A stretch of DNA of 64,000 nucleotides from positions 303 to 64,302 of the forward strand of contig JBJMHS010000036.1 of assembly GCA_045807245.1 (NCBI GenBank). Direction: 5' to 3'. The position numbers and the translations under genes are program-made. Positions 10,211 to 18,790 of this stretch are shown here, in pieces. Under the pieces are notes generated by a model. The model was not told where the DNA came from. It ran no database searches and worked only from the letters and a program-made list of their open reading frames with translations. The DNA comes from Actinomycetales bacterium (GTDB lineage Bacteria > Actinomycetota > Actinomycetes > Actinomycetales > CAVURS01). The number at the start of each line of letters is the position of its first letter. Position 1 is the stretch's first letter.

Positions 10211-10969
10211 CTACTCGGCAGTCCGCGGGCGCTCGCCGGTCGGCGCCGGTCGGTGGGCCCGCAGGTGCAGGGACGCGGACAGGCCGGCGTAGTCCGGTCC
10301 ACCGACCAACCGGGCGTCCAGGTCGTGCAGCCGGGCCGTCGCCGTCGGGTCGGTCTCGAGCAGCTGACCCGCGACCAGGTCGGCCAGGACGCGCACCCCT
10401 TCGACGCCGTCGACCTCCAGACCGGCCGACGCGACCAGTGCGACGATCCGGTCGCGGTCGAACCGCCGGACCAGGGGGTCGTGCTCGCCCCACCGGCCCT
10501 CCGGGTCGTCCAGGAGGGCCTGCGCGCGGGCCAGGTGGCCGGCCAGGGCAGCGCCGATGACCGCCGCGCTGCGTTGGGCCGCCAGCAGGCTGAGCCGTGC
10601 GCCGGGGCGCAGCGCCCGCGCGATGCCGGCCAGGGCGGTGCTGGGGTCATCGACGTGTTCCAGGACGCCATGGCACAAGGCCAGGTCGAACGACTCGTCG
10701 GCCACCTGCAGGTCGTCGGCGTCGGCCTGCCGGGCCACGATGAGGCGCTCCACGCCGGACTCGCTGGCCCGTCGGGCCAGGGCGGCCAAGGCGTCCGGGC
10801 TCGGGTCGACGACGGTGACGCGGTGGCCGAGCGCCGCCAGCGGAACGGCCAGGCCACCGGTCCCCCCTCCGACGTCGAGGACGTCGGCCGGCGGTGCGCC
10901 GGAGGCGCCGGAGCGGGGCAGCAAGGCGCGGACCGCGTCCCACAGCAACGCATCCGGCACGGCGACCAC
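10211..10969 (-). CDS. Class I SAM-dependent methyltransferase
   Basis: VLDVGGGTGG motif I; FDLALCHGVLEHVDDP. Confidence 0.85.
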   Translation of the reverse strand: MVAVPDALLWDAVRALLPRSGASGAPPADVLDVGGGTGGLAVPLAALGHRVTVVDPSPDALAALARRASESGVERLIVARQADADDLQVADESFDLALCHGVLEHVDDPSTALAGIARALRPGARLSLLAAQRSAAVIGAALAGHLARAQALLDDPEGRWGEHDPLVRRFDRDRIVALVASAGLEVDGVEGVRVLADLVAGQLLETDPTATARLHDLDARLVGGPDYAGLSASLHLRAHRPAPTGERPRTAE

Positions 10970-11026
10970 CCTAGTGACGTGTGCGGCGGCGGCTGCGGCT
11001 CAGCCGTCGAGTCGGCCGGTGCGCGG

Positions 11027-11599
11027 TCAGGCATCGAGCAGCTCGAGCAGCTTGGTCGTCGTACGCCAGTTGCGAGCGGTCGCGACCAGGGACTTCTGAC
11101 CGGTCACGCGCTCCCACCTCACGGCACCCAGCACGCTGACACCCATGCCGTTGGGCAGCCAGAGGTAGAGGTCGCGTCCGCCGCGGGCCAGAGCGAGCTG
11201 CTCCGGCTCGTACGTCGCGGGGTCGAGGCCGGCGAGGTCGCTCTTCGTCAGCTGGTGGGACAGGAAGACGCAGAACAGCTTGGTCGGGTCGGACTCGCGG
11301 TCGGTGAACGGGTTGGCCTTCAGCAGTGCGGCGAGCTCCGAGCGGGTCCGGACGACGACGCGCACGTCCATGCCGAGGTGCTCGGTGATCGCGTCGTCGA
11401 TGTCCGCCGCCAGCCGCTCGGCTGCCGCAGCCGTGGCCGCGGCATCGGCGGAGAACACGACCTGACCGCTGCGCAGGTAGGTCTTCACGTCGTCGTACCC
11501 GAGACCCTCCATGACCCGCGCGAGCTCGGCCATCGGGAGCTGCTTGTTGCGGCCGACGTTGATCCCCCGCAGCAGCGCGACGTAGCGGTTCGCGGTCAT
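11027..11599 (-). CDS. DUF1697-family protein
   Basis: YVALLRGINVG, VKTYLRSGQVVF, TARNWRT. Confidence 0.85.
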   Translation of the reverse strand: MTANRYVALLRGINVGRNKQLPMAELARVMEGLGYDDVKTYLRSGQVVFSADAAATAAAAERLAADIDDAITEHLGMDVRVVVRTRSELAALLKANPFTDRESDPTKLFCVFLSHQLTKSDLAGLDPATYEPEQLALARGGRDLYLWLPNGMGVSVLGAVRWERVTGQKSLVATARNWRTTTKLLELLDA

Positions 11600-11694
11600 G
11601 GTGCTCAGCCTCCCAGCCCGGTCCGTCAATGAGCGTGCATCACGGCCAGGTGATGAGTGGTGCGTGGTTGGCGTTGCCTGGCTCTTGCGAGTGG

Positions 11695-14600
11695 CTAGTG
11701 GCCGGAGCTGCCCGGGCTGGCGTGCCAGAGCTTGCGGGGAGCCTTCGGGTCGCGCAGCGCGTCCTGGGCTTCGTCGACCGTGCGGCCCAGCTTGCGGGCG
11801 TCCTTGACGTCCTCACCGGGCGGGCGCACATCGGCGTACGGCGACTGCTTGAAGCCGCTCGCGTGCACCAGCACCCGCCGATGCCGGACCCCGCCTCCCA
11901 TGCCACCCGCCGCCGGGCCGTCCTCGTCGGCCGGACCCGGTGGGGCGCCGGCCATGACGGGCCGGGAGGACCGGCTGGCCGCTGCCCCGGCGATGGCCGA
12001 AGCGGAGAAGGGCGCGTACTCCTGGTTCTCCCGCACGGCCCGGGCCCGCTCCTCGGCCGTCGCCAGCGTCGCCTGCACCGCCGGCAGGCCGCCGTCGCAC
12101 CACGCCTCCCACAGTGAGGACAGCTCCCAGGCGCCCGTGGCCCGCAGCGAGACGCCGCGCGGCCCGGTACGACGCAGGATGCCCCGCACGAGCAGCAGCC
12201 AGGAGTGGAAAACCGTTGCGGCGTAAGGACCTTGGACATCCTCGAAGAACGTCGCATCCACCGGGCCGGTGGCATCGTCGAGAGTCAGGAAGACGACCCG
12301 GCGCCCGGACCGGACCGGAGGTGTCTGGGTGGCGACCTTCACCCCGGCGACGAGCAGCTCGGCCCGGCTCCGCTGGCCCAGGATGTCCTTGGACCGCGTG
12401 ATGCCCAGCGCGTCCAGCAGCGGCTCGTAGAACTCCAGCACGTGGGCGCTGGCGTCCAGGCCGAGCACCTCGAGCTCGGCCTTGACCCGTTCCGCGCCGG
12501 ACATCTCCGGCAGCCCGGTGGACCGCGTCTCGTTCGGTGCGTCGCCGAGGTCCAGGGTCAGCTGGACGCTCTGCTCGGCCGCCGGGACGGCCGCCCGCGG
12601 CGCCTGGGACTGGGCCGCTGCCATCAGCCGGACGTCCCGCGTGTCAGCCCAGTCGGCCCACTCCCCGCGTCCGGACCGCGGTCCGGTGCTGCTGCCCGAG
12701 CCGTCCCAGCGCGCATCCCCCTCCGGGTCCACCCCGGCCCGCGGCAGCGACCGCTCCGGCGCGTCCAGGTCCGGCCGGGCCGGCTGCGCCTTGTGCGCCG
12801 ACGGCCGGGCACTCCGCGCACCGGCCCGGGTCGCCGAGCGCGCCGTCGCCCGGCTCCAGCCGTCCAGCTCGACGACCTGCAGGAGCAGGTCACGCCGGGT
12901 CACCCGCCCACGTCGTCGCAGCGGCAGCCCGGCGGTCGGCCCGCCCAGGCCGTAGAGGCCGTCGAAGGCGCCGGCCACCACCAGCCGCTCGACCACCGGG
13001 CGGGAGACCTGCGCGCGGTGCCAGAAGTCGGCCAGTGAGTGGTACGGCCGGCCGGCCACGATCCGCTGCACCTCGGCCGCGCTGATGCCTTTGACGTCGG
13101 CCAGTGAGAGCCGGATGCCGTAGGCCCGGCCGTCCGGCAGGTCCGGCGGCGGCGCCGGCCGTGGACCCCCGTCGGGCATCAGGGGGCCGGCCTCGACCTG
13201 GCCCAGGATCGCGGGCGGCGGCTCGTCCCACGAGGCGACCTTCTCCACCCGGTAGGTGTCGTCGGAGGCGTTGACGTCCAGGCTCAGCACGGCGATCCCG
13301 AGGCTGCGGGCGTCGTCCAGGATGAGCCGCTTCGGATACATGCCGGGGTCATGGGTGAGCACCCCGGCGAGGAACGCCGCCGGATGATGCGCCTTGAGCC
13401 AGGCGGACTGGTACGTCGGGAGGGCGAACGCCGCCGCATGGGCCTTGCAGAAGCCGAACGAGGCAAAAGCCTTGAGTACCAACCAGATCCGCTCGACGTC
13501 GGCGGCACTGTAGCCCCGCGACCGGGCCAGCGGCCGCCACCACGCCTCGACCTCCCGCTGACCGGCCGGTGACCCGAGCGCGCGGCGCACCTCGTCGGCC
13601 TCGGCGAGCGTCACCCCCGTGGTGACCGCGACGATCTGCAGCACCTGCTCGTGGAACACCACGACGCCGTGTGTCTCGCGCAGGGCCGGCTCCAGGCTGG
13701 GGTGGAGGTACTCGGTGCCGCGCCAGCGCTGCCGGGCCAGCAGGAACGGCGTCACCATGTCGGACTTCACCGGACCGGGGCGGAACAGCGAGATGTCGAT
13801 GATGAGGTCGCCGAAGGTCTCCGGCCCGAACTTGCCGACCAGCTCGCGCTGGCCGGGCGACTCGATCTGGAAGCAGCCCAGGGTGTGGGTCGACCGGATC
13901 AGCCGGAACGTCGCCTCGTCGTCGAGCGCGACGCAGTCCCGGTCGTCGAGGTCGACCTGCACCTGGTCGACCCGCTCGACCTCCTGCACCGCGTGGGCCA
14001 TGGCGGACTGCATCCGGATGCCGAGCACGTCGAGCTTGAGCAGCCCCATGGTCTCGACGTCGTCCTTGTCGAACTGGCTCATCGGGAACCCGATCCAGCT
14101 CGCCTCGACCGGGGTCCGGTCCAGCAGCGAGCCGTCGGAGAGCACGACGCCGCACGGGTGCAGGGCGACGTGACGGGGCAGGCCGTCGAGCCGTTCGACC
14201 AGCTCGAAGAGCAGGTCGAGCCGGGGCGCGGACAGGCCGCTCGCCTGCAGCTCGGGCAGCTCGGCGATCGCGTGGCGCGCGTCGCGGGCCCGGATGTGCG
14301 GGAAGGCCTTGGCGATCGCGTCGATCTCGACCGGCGGCAGGCCCAGGGCGGCACCCACGTCACGGATCGCGTGCCGGACCCGGTAGGTGTCCATCATCGA
14401 CACGCAGGTCACCCGCTCGCCCCCGAACCGGGCCAGGACCTTCTCGTAGACCTCGGTCCGCCGCGCGGACTCCACATCGACGTCGATGTCCGGGAGCTGG
14501 GCCCGCAGCGGTGAGCAGAACCGTTCCATCAGCAGGCCGTGCTCCAGCGGGTCGACACCGGAGATGCCGAGCAGGTAGTTGACCAGGCTGCCCGCGCCGG

Positions 14601-15915
14601 AGCCGCGGGCCGCCACCCGGACGTCCAGGTCGCGGATCAGGTCGCAGACCGCCGCCACGGTCAGGAAGTACGTCGGGTAACCGAGCCGGGCCACGATGCC
14701 GAGCTCGTCCTCGAGCCGGGTCCTGATCGCCCGGACCTCGCGCTCCGCACGGCCCGGGTAGCGCATCCCGACCGCGCCCTCGCAGCGGGCTCGCAGCACC
14801 GCATCGGCGTCGTCGTCCGGGGTCAGGCCGAGCACCTCGGGCTCGGGCAGGTGGACCGAGCCGATACCCAGATCGGCGTACGGGTCCAGGACGCACCGGT
14901 CGGTCAGGCGCAACGTCTCGTCCAGGAGCGCGTGGACCTCCTCGCGTCCTGACCCGTGGGGCGCGCCGGCAGCAGCGACGACCTCCTCGGCCACCCGGGC
15001 CATCTCGGCCCCCGACCGCAGGTGCCCGGCCGCCGTCACCCGGTCCAGGTGCCGGGTGTCGAGGGCCACCAGCCGCCGCGCGGCGTCGAGTACGTCGACC
15101 GTGGCGGCGCCGCCGGGGTCGGCGTGCCGCACGGCGTTCGTCAGCACCGCGGGTACGCCGGCCTGCCGGGCCAGCGCTAGCAGCCGGGCGGCGTGTCCCG
15201 CGCTGGCCGGGCTGCCGGGCGGTCCGCCGTGACAGACGACCTCGAGGGCGAGCGACCCCGGCGGCAGCGCCGCCTGCCACCGGCGCAGCTCATCGTGCGC
15301 CCGGTCGGTCCGGCCGGCGAGCAGCGCCTGTCCCACCGTCGAGGCCGGCCCCAGCAGGACGACGAGTGCGGCCGTACCGCTGACCGGGTCGAACGCGTGC
15401 TCGGCGACCAGGTCGAGGTCGGCGACCGGCGAGCCGCGCTGGCCGCCCAGCTGCGTCGCCGACACGAGTCGGCACAGCCGGGCCCAACCTCGGGCCGGCG
15501 CCAGCCCTGTGCCGGAACCAGTGCCGGAACCTGTGTCGAAACCTGTGCCGGAACCGGTGCCGGAACCGGTGCCGAGCGCGAGCACCGTGACCCGGGGATG
15601 CCGCGGGTCGACCTCGGCCCCACCTCGCACCGGTGTCCGGGCTCCCGGCGTACGGGGTGTCGCCTGGGCTGCCGAGGTCCGTGGCGCGTCAGGAACCGGC
15701 CGGACGGCGAGGTCGACCCCCAGGATCGGCGCGACCCCGCTGCGCTGGCAGGCCCGTACGAACCGGACCGCGCCGTACAGCCCGTCCCGGTCGGTGAGCG
15801 CGAGCGCGGGCTGGCCCAGCTCGGCCGCCCGCTCGACCAGGGCCTGGGGCGACGAGGCGCCGTGGCGCAAGGAGTAGCCCGACGACACGTGGAGGTGGGC
15901 GAACCGGGTAGTCAC
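11695..15915 (-). CDS. dnaE2: Error-prone DNA polymerase III alpha subunit (DnaE2 type)
   Basis: PHP domain FAHLHVSSGYS/LALTDRDGLYG; ARGSGAGS; catalytic PDIDVD; LKLDVLG; OB-fold VVFLTLDD; LexA box upstream of its operon. Confidence 0.92.
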   Translation of the reverse strand: MTTRFAHLHVSSGYSLRHGASSPQALVERAAELGQPALALTDRDGLYGAVRFVRACQRSGVAPILGVDLAVRPVPDAPRTSAAQATPRTPGARTPVRGGAEVDPRHPRVTVLALGTGSGTGSGTGFDTGSGTGSGTGLAPARGWARLCRLVSATQLGGQRGSPVADLDLVAEHAFDPVSGTAALVVLLGPASTVGQALLAGRTDRAHDELRRWQAALPPGSLALEVVCHGGPPGSPASAGHAARLLALARQAGVPAVLTNAVRHADPGGAATVDVLDAARRLVALDTRHLDRVTAAGHLRSGAEMARVAEEVVAAAGAPHGSGREEVHALLDETLRLTDRCVLDPYADLGIGSVHLPEPEVLGLTPDDDADAVLRARCEGAVGMRYPGRAEREVRAIRTRLEDELGIVARLGYPTYFLTVAAVCDLIRDLDVRVAARGSGAGSLVNYLLGISGVDPLEHGLLMERFCSPLRAQLPDIDVDVESARRTEVYEKVLARFGGERVTCVSMMDTYRVRHAIRDVGAALGLPPVEIDAIAKAFPHIRARDARHAIAELPELQASGLSAPRLDLLFELVERLDGLPRHVALHPCGVVLSDGSLLDRTPVEASWIGFPMSQFDKDDVETMGLLKLDVLGIRMQSAMAHAVQEVERVDQVQVDLDDRDCVALDDEATFRLIRSTHTLGCFQIESPGQRELVGKFGPETFGDLIIDISLFRPGPVKSDMVTPFLLARQRWRGTEYLHPSLEPALRETHGVVVFHEQVLQIVAVTTGVTLAEADEVRRALGSPAGQREVEAWWRPLARSRGYSAADVERIWLVLKAFASFGFCKAHAAAFALPTYQSAWLKAHHPAAFLAGVLTHDPGMYPKRLILDDARSLGIAVLSLDVNASDDTYRVEKVASWDEPPPAILGQVEAGPLMPDGGPRPAPPPDLPDGRAYGIRLSLADVKGISAAEVQRIVAGRPYHSLADFWHRAQVSRPVVERLVVAGAFDGLYGLGGPTAGLPLRRRGRVTRRDLLLQVVELDGWSRATARSATRAGARSARPSAHKAQPARPDLDAPERSLPRAGVDPEGDARWDGSGSSTGPRSGRGEWADWADTRDVRLMAAAQSQAPRAAVPAAEQSVQLTLDLGDAPNETRSTGLPEMSGAERVKAELEVLGLDASAHVLEFYEPLLDALGITRSKDILGQRSRAELLVAGVKVATQTPPVRSGRRVVFLTLDDATGPVDATFFEDVQGPYAATVFHSWLLLVRGILRRTGPRGVSLRATGAWELSSLWEAWCDGGLPAVQATLATAEERARAVRENQEYAPFSASAIAGAAASRSSRPVMAGAPPGPADEDGPAAGGMGGGVRHRRVLVHASGFKQSPYADVRPPGEDVKDARKLGRTVDEAQDALRDPKAPRKLWHASPGSSGH
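15506..15574. repeat. 12-bp in-frame tandem repeat (about 5.8 copies, cc[t/a/g]gtgccggaa) encoding a (GTGS)n loop in the DnaE2 PHP domain
   Basis: cctgtgccggaa ccagtgccggaa cctgtgtcgaaa cctgtgccggaa ccggtgccggaa ccggtgccg. Confidence 0.85.
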
Positions 15916-15937
15916 CGGCTGATCACCAGACGACCGG

Positions 15938-16375
15938 TCAGGGCAGGGCTGGGCGCAGGACGGGCAGGGCCGGATGCCGTTCCAGCCCGAGCGCGTCCTC
16001 CACGAGCTGGACGAAGGTCTCGGCTGCCCGTAGCTGGTCGTCGGCCTCCCGGACGGGGAGCGCCTCGACCCGGCCGGCCTCCACGGCCGCCCGGCGGTCC
16101 GCACCGGCGGCGAAGAACGCGGCCCACTCGGTGAGCTCGGGCGCCACGCGGGGCAGCACCTCCCAGACACTGCGCGGACCGGCACCCCGGCCACTGGGCC
16201 GGCCGCGCGTGGCCAGGACGGCCGCCGCCGCCCGGAGCGCGGACAGGTGAGCGGCGACGTACCGCTCTCCCGCATGGACAGCCATGGCTGCAGCGAACAG
16301 GCCGGCCCGGGACCGCTCGAGCAGCTCGACCGCGGGGACGGGAACCGGCGCTGCCGCCGTCGCCAGCCCGGCCAT
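15938..16375 (-). CDS. SAV_6107-like HEPN domain protein
   Basis: ERYVAAHLSALRAAAAVLA..SVWEVLPRVAPELTEWAAFFAA..READDQLR; all-helical; typical actinobacterial context. Confidence 0.8.
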   Translation of the reverse strand: MAGLATAAAPVPVPAVELLERSRAGLFAAAMAVHAGERYVAAHLSALRAAAAVLATRGRPSGRGAGPRSVWEVLPRVAPELTEWAAFFAAGADRRAAVEAGRVEALPVREADDQLRAAETFVQLVEDALGLERHPALPVLRPALP

Positions 16376-16788
16376 CAGTCGGCGACCTGGAGCAGGCGCC
16401 AGTGCGCCTTGACGTCATCGGGCTCGCCCAGACCGACCCCCAGGTCGGCCCGGTCGTCCGGTGGGTCACCCGCGTCGTCGACGAGGTCACGGCCCAAGTC
16501 GTAGACCCCCACCCGGTCGCTGCGCCCGGCCCCGGCCTCGACCCGCCAGATCTCGCGCTCGAGGACGTCCGCCATCGCGGCCTCCGGTCCGCTGTCGAAG
16601 TCCGGCGGTCCCTCCGGATCCAGCCCGAGCAGCCGGGCGGTGGCACCCTCCAGCCACCAGGCCCGGCGCTCGCGCCAGTGCCCGAGAATCGACCGGACCG
16701 AGTAGACGCGGCCGCGCCAGAGGAAGAGAGCCGGTCCGCTGGCGGGGCTCTCTCGTACCTCGATGACCTCGTCGTAGCGCCGAACCAT
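16375..16788 (-). CDS. DUF6504-family protein
   Basis: MVRRYDEVIEV..PALFLWRGRVYSV..HWRERRAWW..EREIWRVEA..GVYDL..WRLLQVAD. Confidence 0.8.
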   Translation of the reverse strand: MVRRYDEVIEVRESPASGPALFLWRGRVYSVRSILGHWRERRAWWLEGATARLLGLDPEGPPDFDSGPEAAMADVLEREIWRVEAGAGRSDRVGVYDLGRDLVDDAGDPPDDRADLGVGLGEPDDVKAHWRLLQVAD

Positions 16789-16837
16789 CAGCCCACCCCT
16801 TCTGTGTCTCGAGACGGATGCCTCGAACCATCGATCC

Positions 16838-16882
16838 CTGAACATCTCGAACATCCCGAGCATCGTGAACATCTCGAACGTG
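16838..16882. repeat. Five tandem 9-bp repeats (NNGAACATC-like) running into the SOS box
   Basis: ctgaacatc tcgaacatc ccgagcatc gtgaacatc tcgaacgtg. Confidence 0.8.
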
Positions 16883-16889
16883 TGTTCGA
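16874..16889. promoter_or_regulatory. LexA (SOS) box, actinobacterial consensus TCGAAC-N4-GTTCGA
   Basis: tcgaac gtgt gttcga, perfect match, upstream of DUF6504-HEPN-dnaE2. Confidence 0.9.
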
Positions 16890-16897
16890 ATACTTCG

Positions 16898-16919
16898 ACA
16901 GTACACCCGGGCCCCGACA
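16898..16919 (-). promoter_or_regulatory. PafBC-type (RecA-NDp) DNA-damage promoter TGTCGG-N10-TANNNT
   Basis: Minus strand TGTCGG ggcccgggtg TACTGT, immediately upstream of the LexA box. Confidence 0.75.
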
Positions 16920-16945
16920 GGGCGTCAACCGCTACTCTCCGCCGC

Positions 16946-17461
16946 ATGACCGACTCTCCCGAGCGCTCGGCCGAGGCCCTGCTCTCCCATCCCGGCGTCG
17001 TCCGGGTGACGGAGGCGCTGCGCGCGGCCGGCTCCGGGGACCAGGTCCGGATCCTGGACGTGACGGCCCGCACCGCGCAGGACGCAGCGGACGCGCTCGG
17101 CGTCGAGGTCGGCCAGATCGTCAAGTCCCTGGTGTTCACGACGCCCGGCGCGCACGGACCGGAGCCACTGCTCGTCCTGACCGCCGGAGAGCACCAGGTC
17201 GACGTCCACAAGGTCGCCGACCTGCTCGGTCTGGAGGCGCTCGGCCGGGCCGACGCGGACTTCGTCCGCCAGCACACCGGGTTCGCCATCGGCGGCGTCG
17301 CGCCGGTCGGGACGACATCGCCCATCCACACCCTCATCGACGTCGACTTCGCGCGGTACGACGTGATCTGGGCGGCGGCCGGACATCCGCATGCCGTCTT
17401 CCCCACGACGTACGAGGAGCTGCTGCGGCTCACCGCCGGCCATCCCGCCGAGGTCGCCTGA
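16946..17461 (+). CDS. YbaK/EbsC aminoacyl-tRNA editing family protein
   Basis: TAQDAADALGVEVGQIVKSLVF, TGFAIGGVAPVG, WAAAGHPHAVF; TACTCT -10 7 nt before the ATG. Confidence 0.88.
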   Translation: MTDSPERSAEALLSHPGVVRVTEALRAAGSGDQVRILDVTARTAQDAADALGVEVGQIVKSLVFTTPGAHGPEPLLVLTAGEHQVDVHKVADLLGLEALGRADADFVRQHTGFAIGGVAPVGTTSPIHTLIDVDFARYDVIWAAAGHPHAVFPTTYEELLRLTAGHPAEVA

Positions 17462-17462
17462 C

Positions 17463-18173
17463 GTGACGGGTGCGCGGGGGACGGCCGACCTGGTCGAGGC
17501 GGCGGTCCACGTCTTCGGTGTCCCCCGGCGGTCGATCCCGCGCGCCATGCTCCATGTCGGCCGCGACGGCCGGGCGCTGGCCTCCACACCCGGCCTCGCT
17601 TTCGGCCGCATCCTCGGCACCGGCGACGGCCGGTCCTTCACGGTGCGCGGCACCGACCTCCGGCACTGGGCCCTCGTCACCTCGTGGCGCGACGCGGAGG
17701 CGGCCCGCGCCTTCGAGCAGTCGCCCGTCGTCCGCGGCTGGGGCGCGATGAGCGAGGAGCGCCTGCTCGTCCGCCTGCGCCCGCTCACCTCGCGCGGGCG
17801 ATGGAGCGGCCGCGAGCCCTTCGGCGACCCCACGCCGTACCCGGTCACCGGTGCCGTCGCGAGCATCACCCGCGCCCGGATCGCTCCCCGCTCGATGGTC
17901 CGGTTCTGGCGGGCCGTGCCTGCGGTGGCCCGCGACCTGGCCGCGGTCGACGGGGTGCGCCTGGCCATCGGCATCGGTGAGGCGCCGGTGGGCTTCCAGG
18001 GCACCTTCTCGATCTGGGCGACCAGCGCCGCCGTCAGCGAGTTCGCGCACCACCGGTCGCCGCACCAGGTCGCGGTTCGGCGCAGCGACACGGAACACTG
18101 GTACGCCGAGGAGCTGTTCGCGCGGTTCGAGGTCCTCGCCGTCGAGGGCACGTACGCCGGCCGCACGCCGTAG
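17463..18173 (+). CDS. Spheroidene monooxygenase (CrtA)-like carotenoid oxygenase/hydroxylase
   Basis: PGLAFGRILGTG, SRGRWSG, ASITRARI, FWRAVP, GIGEAP..QGTFSIW, WYAEELFARF; carotenoid context; start uncertain. Confidence 0.7.
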   Translation: MTGARGTADLVEAAVHVFGVPRRSIPRAMLHVGRDGRALASTPGLAFGRILGTGDGRSFTVRGTDLRHWALVTSWRDAEAARAFEQSPVVRGWGAMSEERLLVRLRPLTSRGRWSGREPFGDPTPYPVTGAVASITRARIAPRSMVRFWRAVPAVARDLAAVDGVRLAIGIGEAPVGFQGTFSIWATSAAVSEFAHHRSPHQVAVRRSDTEHWYAEELFARFEVLAVEGTYAGRTP

Positions 18174-18202
18174 CGGGCGTTGGTCCGGGGAGGGGCGTCG
18201 CC

Positions 18203-18790
18203 ATGGGTGTCGAGCAGCTCGTCCCCTGGGTCTTCACGACCAGCTGGGCCAGCGGCGTCAACGCGTACGCGACCGTCCTCGTGCTGGGCCTGCTCGGCCG
18301 GTTCGCCGACGTGTCGGAGATCCCGGACGGCCTGACCAGGACCGACGTGCTGATCGCCGCCGCCGTCCTGTTCGTGGTCGAGTTCGTCGCCGACAAGATC
18401 CCCTACGTCGACTCGATCTGGGACGCGATCCACACCGTCGTCAGGCCGGTGGTCGGTGCCACGATCGCGGCCCTGCTGGCCGGCCAGGACACCACCCTGG
18501 GCCAGGCGTTCGCAGCGACGACGGGCGGGCTGGTGGCGCTGGCCAGCCACCTCGCGAAAGCGGGTCTGCGCGCCGCGGTGAACACGTCGCCGGAGCCGGC
18601 CAGCAACGTGATCGTCAGCTCGGCCGAGGACATCTCGGTGGCGGCGCTGGTGGCGCTCGCATCGGCCCACCCGTGGGTCTCGGCGAGCATCGCGGCCGCC
18701 TTGCTGCTGGCGACGACGGTGCTCGTGGTCAAGCTGTGGCGGCGGGTGCTCGCGTTCCGGGCCCGATGGCGCGGCCGCTGGGTGCAATGA
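18203..18790 (+). CDS. DUF4126-family membrane protein
   Basis: WASGVNAY, EFVADKIPYVDSIWD, NTSPEPASN..S.AED. Confidence 0.85.
   Translation: MGVEQLVPWVFTTSWASGVNAYATVLVLGLLGRFADVSEIPDGLTRTDVLIAAAVLFVVEFVADKIPYVDSIWDAIHTVVRPVVGATIAALLAGQDTTLGQAFAATTGGLVALASHLAKAGLRAAVNTSPEPASNVIVSSAEDISVAALVALASAHPWVSASIAAALLLATTVLVVKLWRRVLAFRARWRGRWVQ

Noticed and set aside
7916..11632. 1238-aa plus-strand ORF and other long antisense ORFs (470-3028, 4671-7184, 47291-49663)
   Set aside because: Shadow ORFs of high-GC coding sequence; the opposite strands carry recognisable genes and these translations have no motifs
12640..13220. Intein in DnaE2
   Set aside because: Insertions are low-complexity Pro/Ala/Arg/Gly loops without intein C/S...HN splice motifs or LAGLIDADG blocks
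16838..16882. Short repeats as a possible CRISPR array (also 52208-52243, 15506-15574)
   Set aside because: Units of 9-12 bp with no spacers and no cas genes
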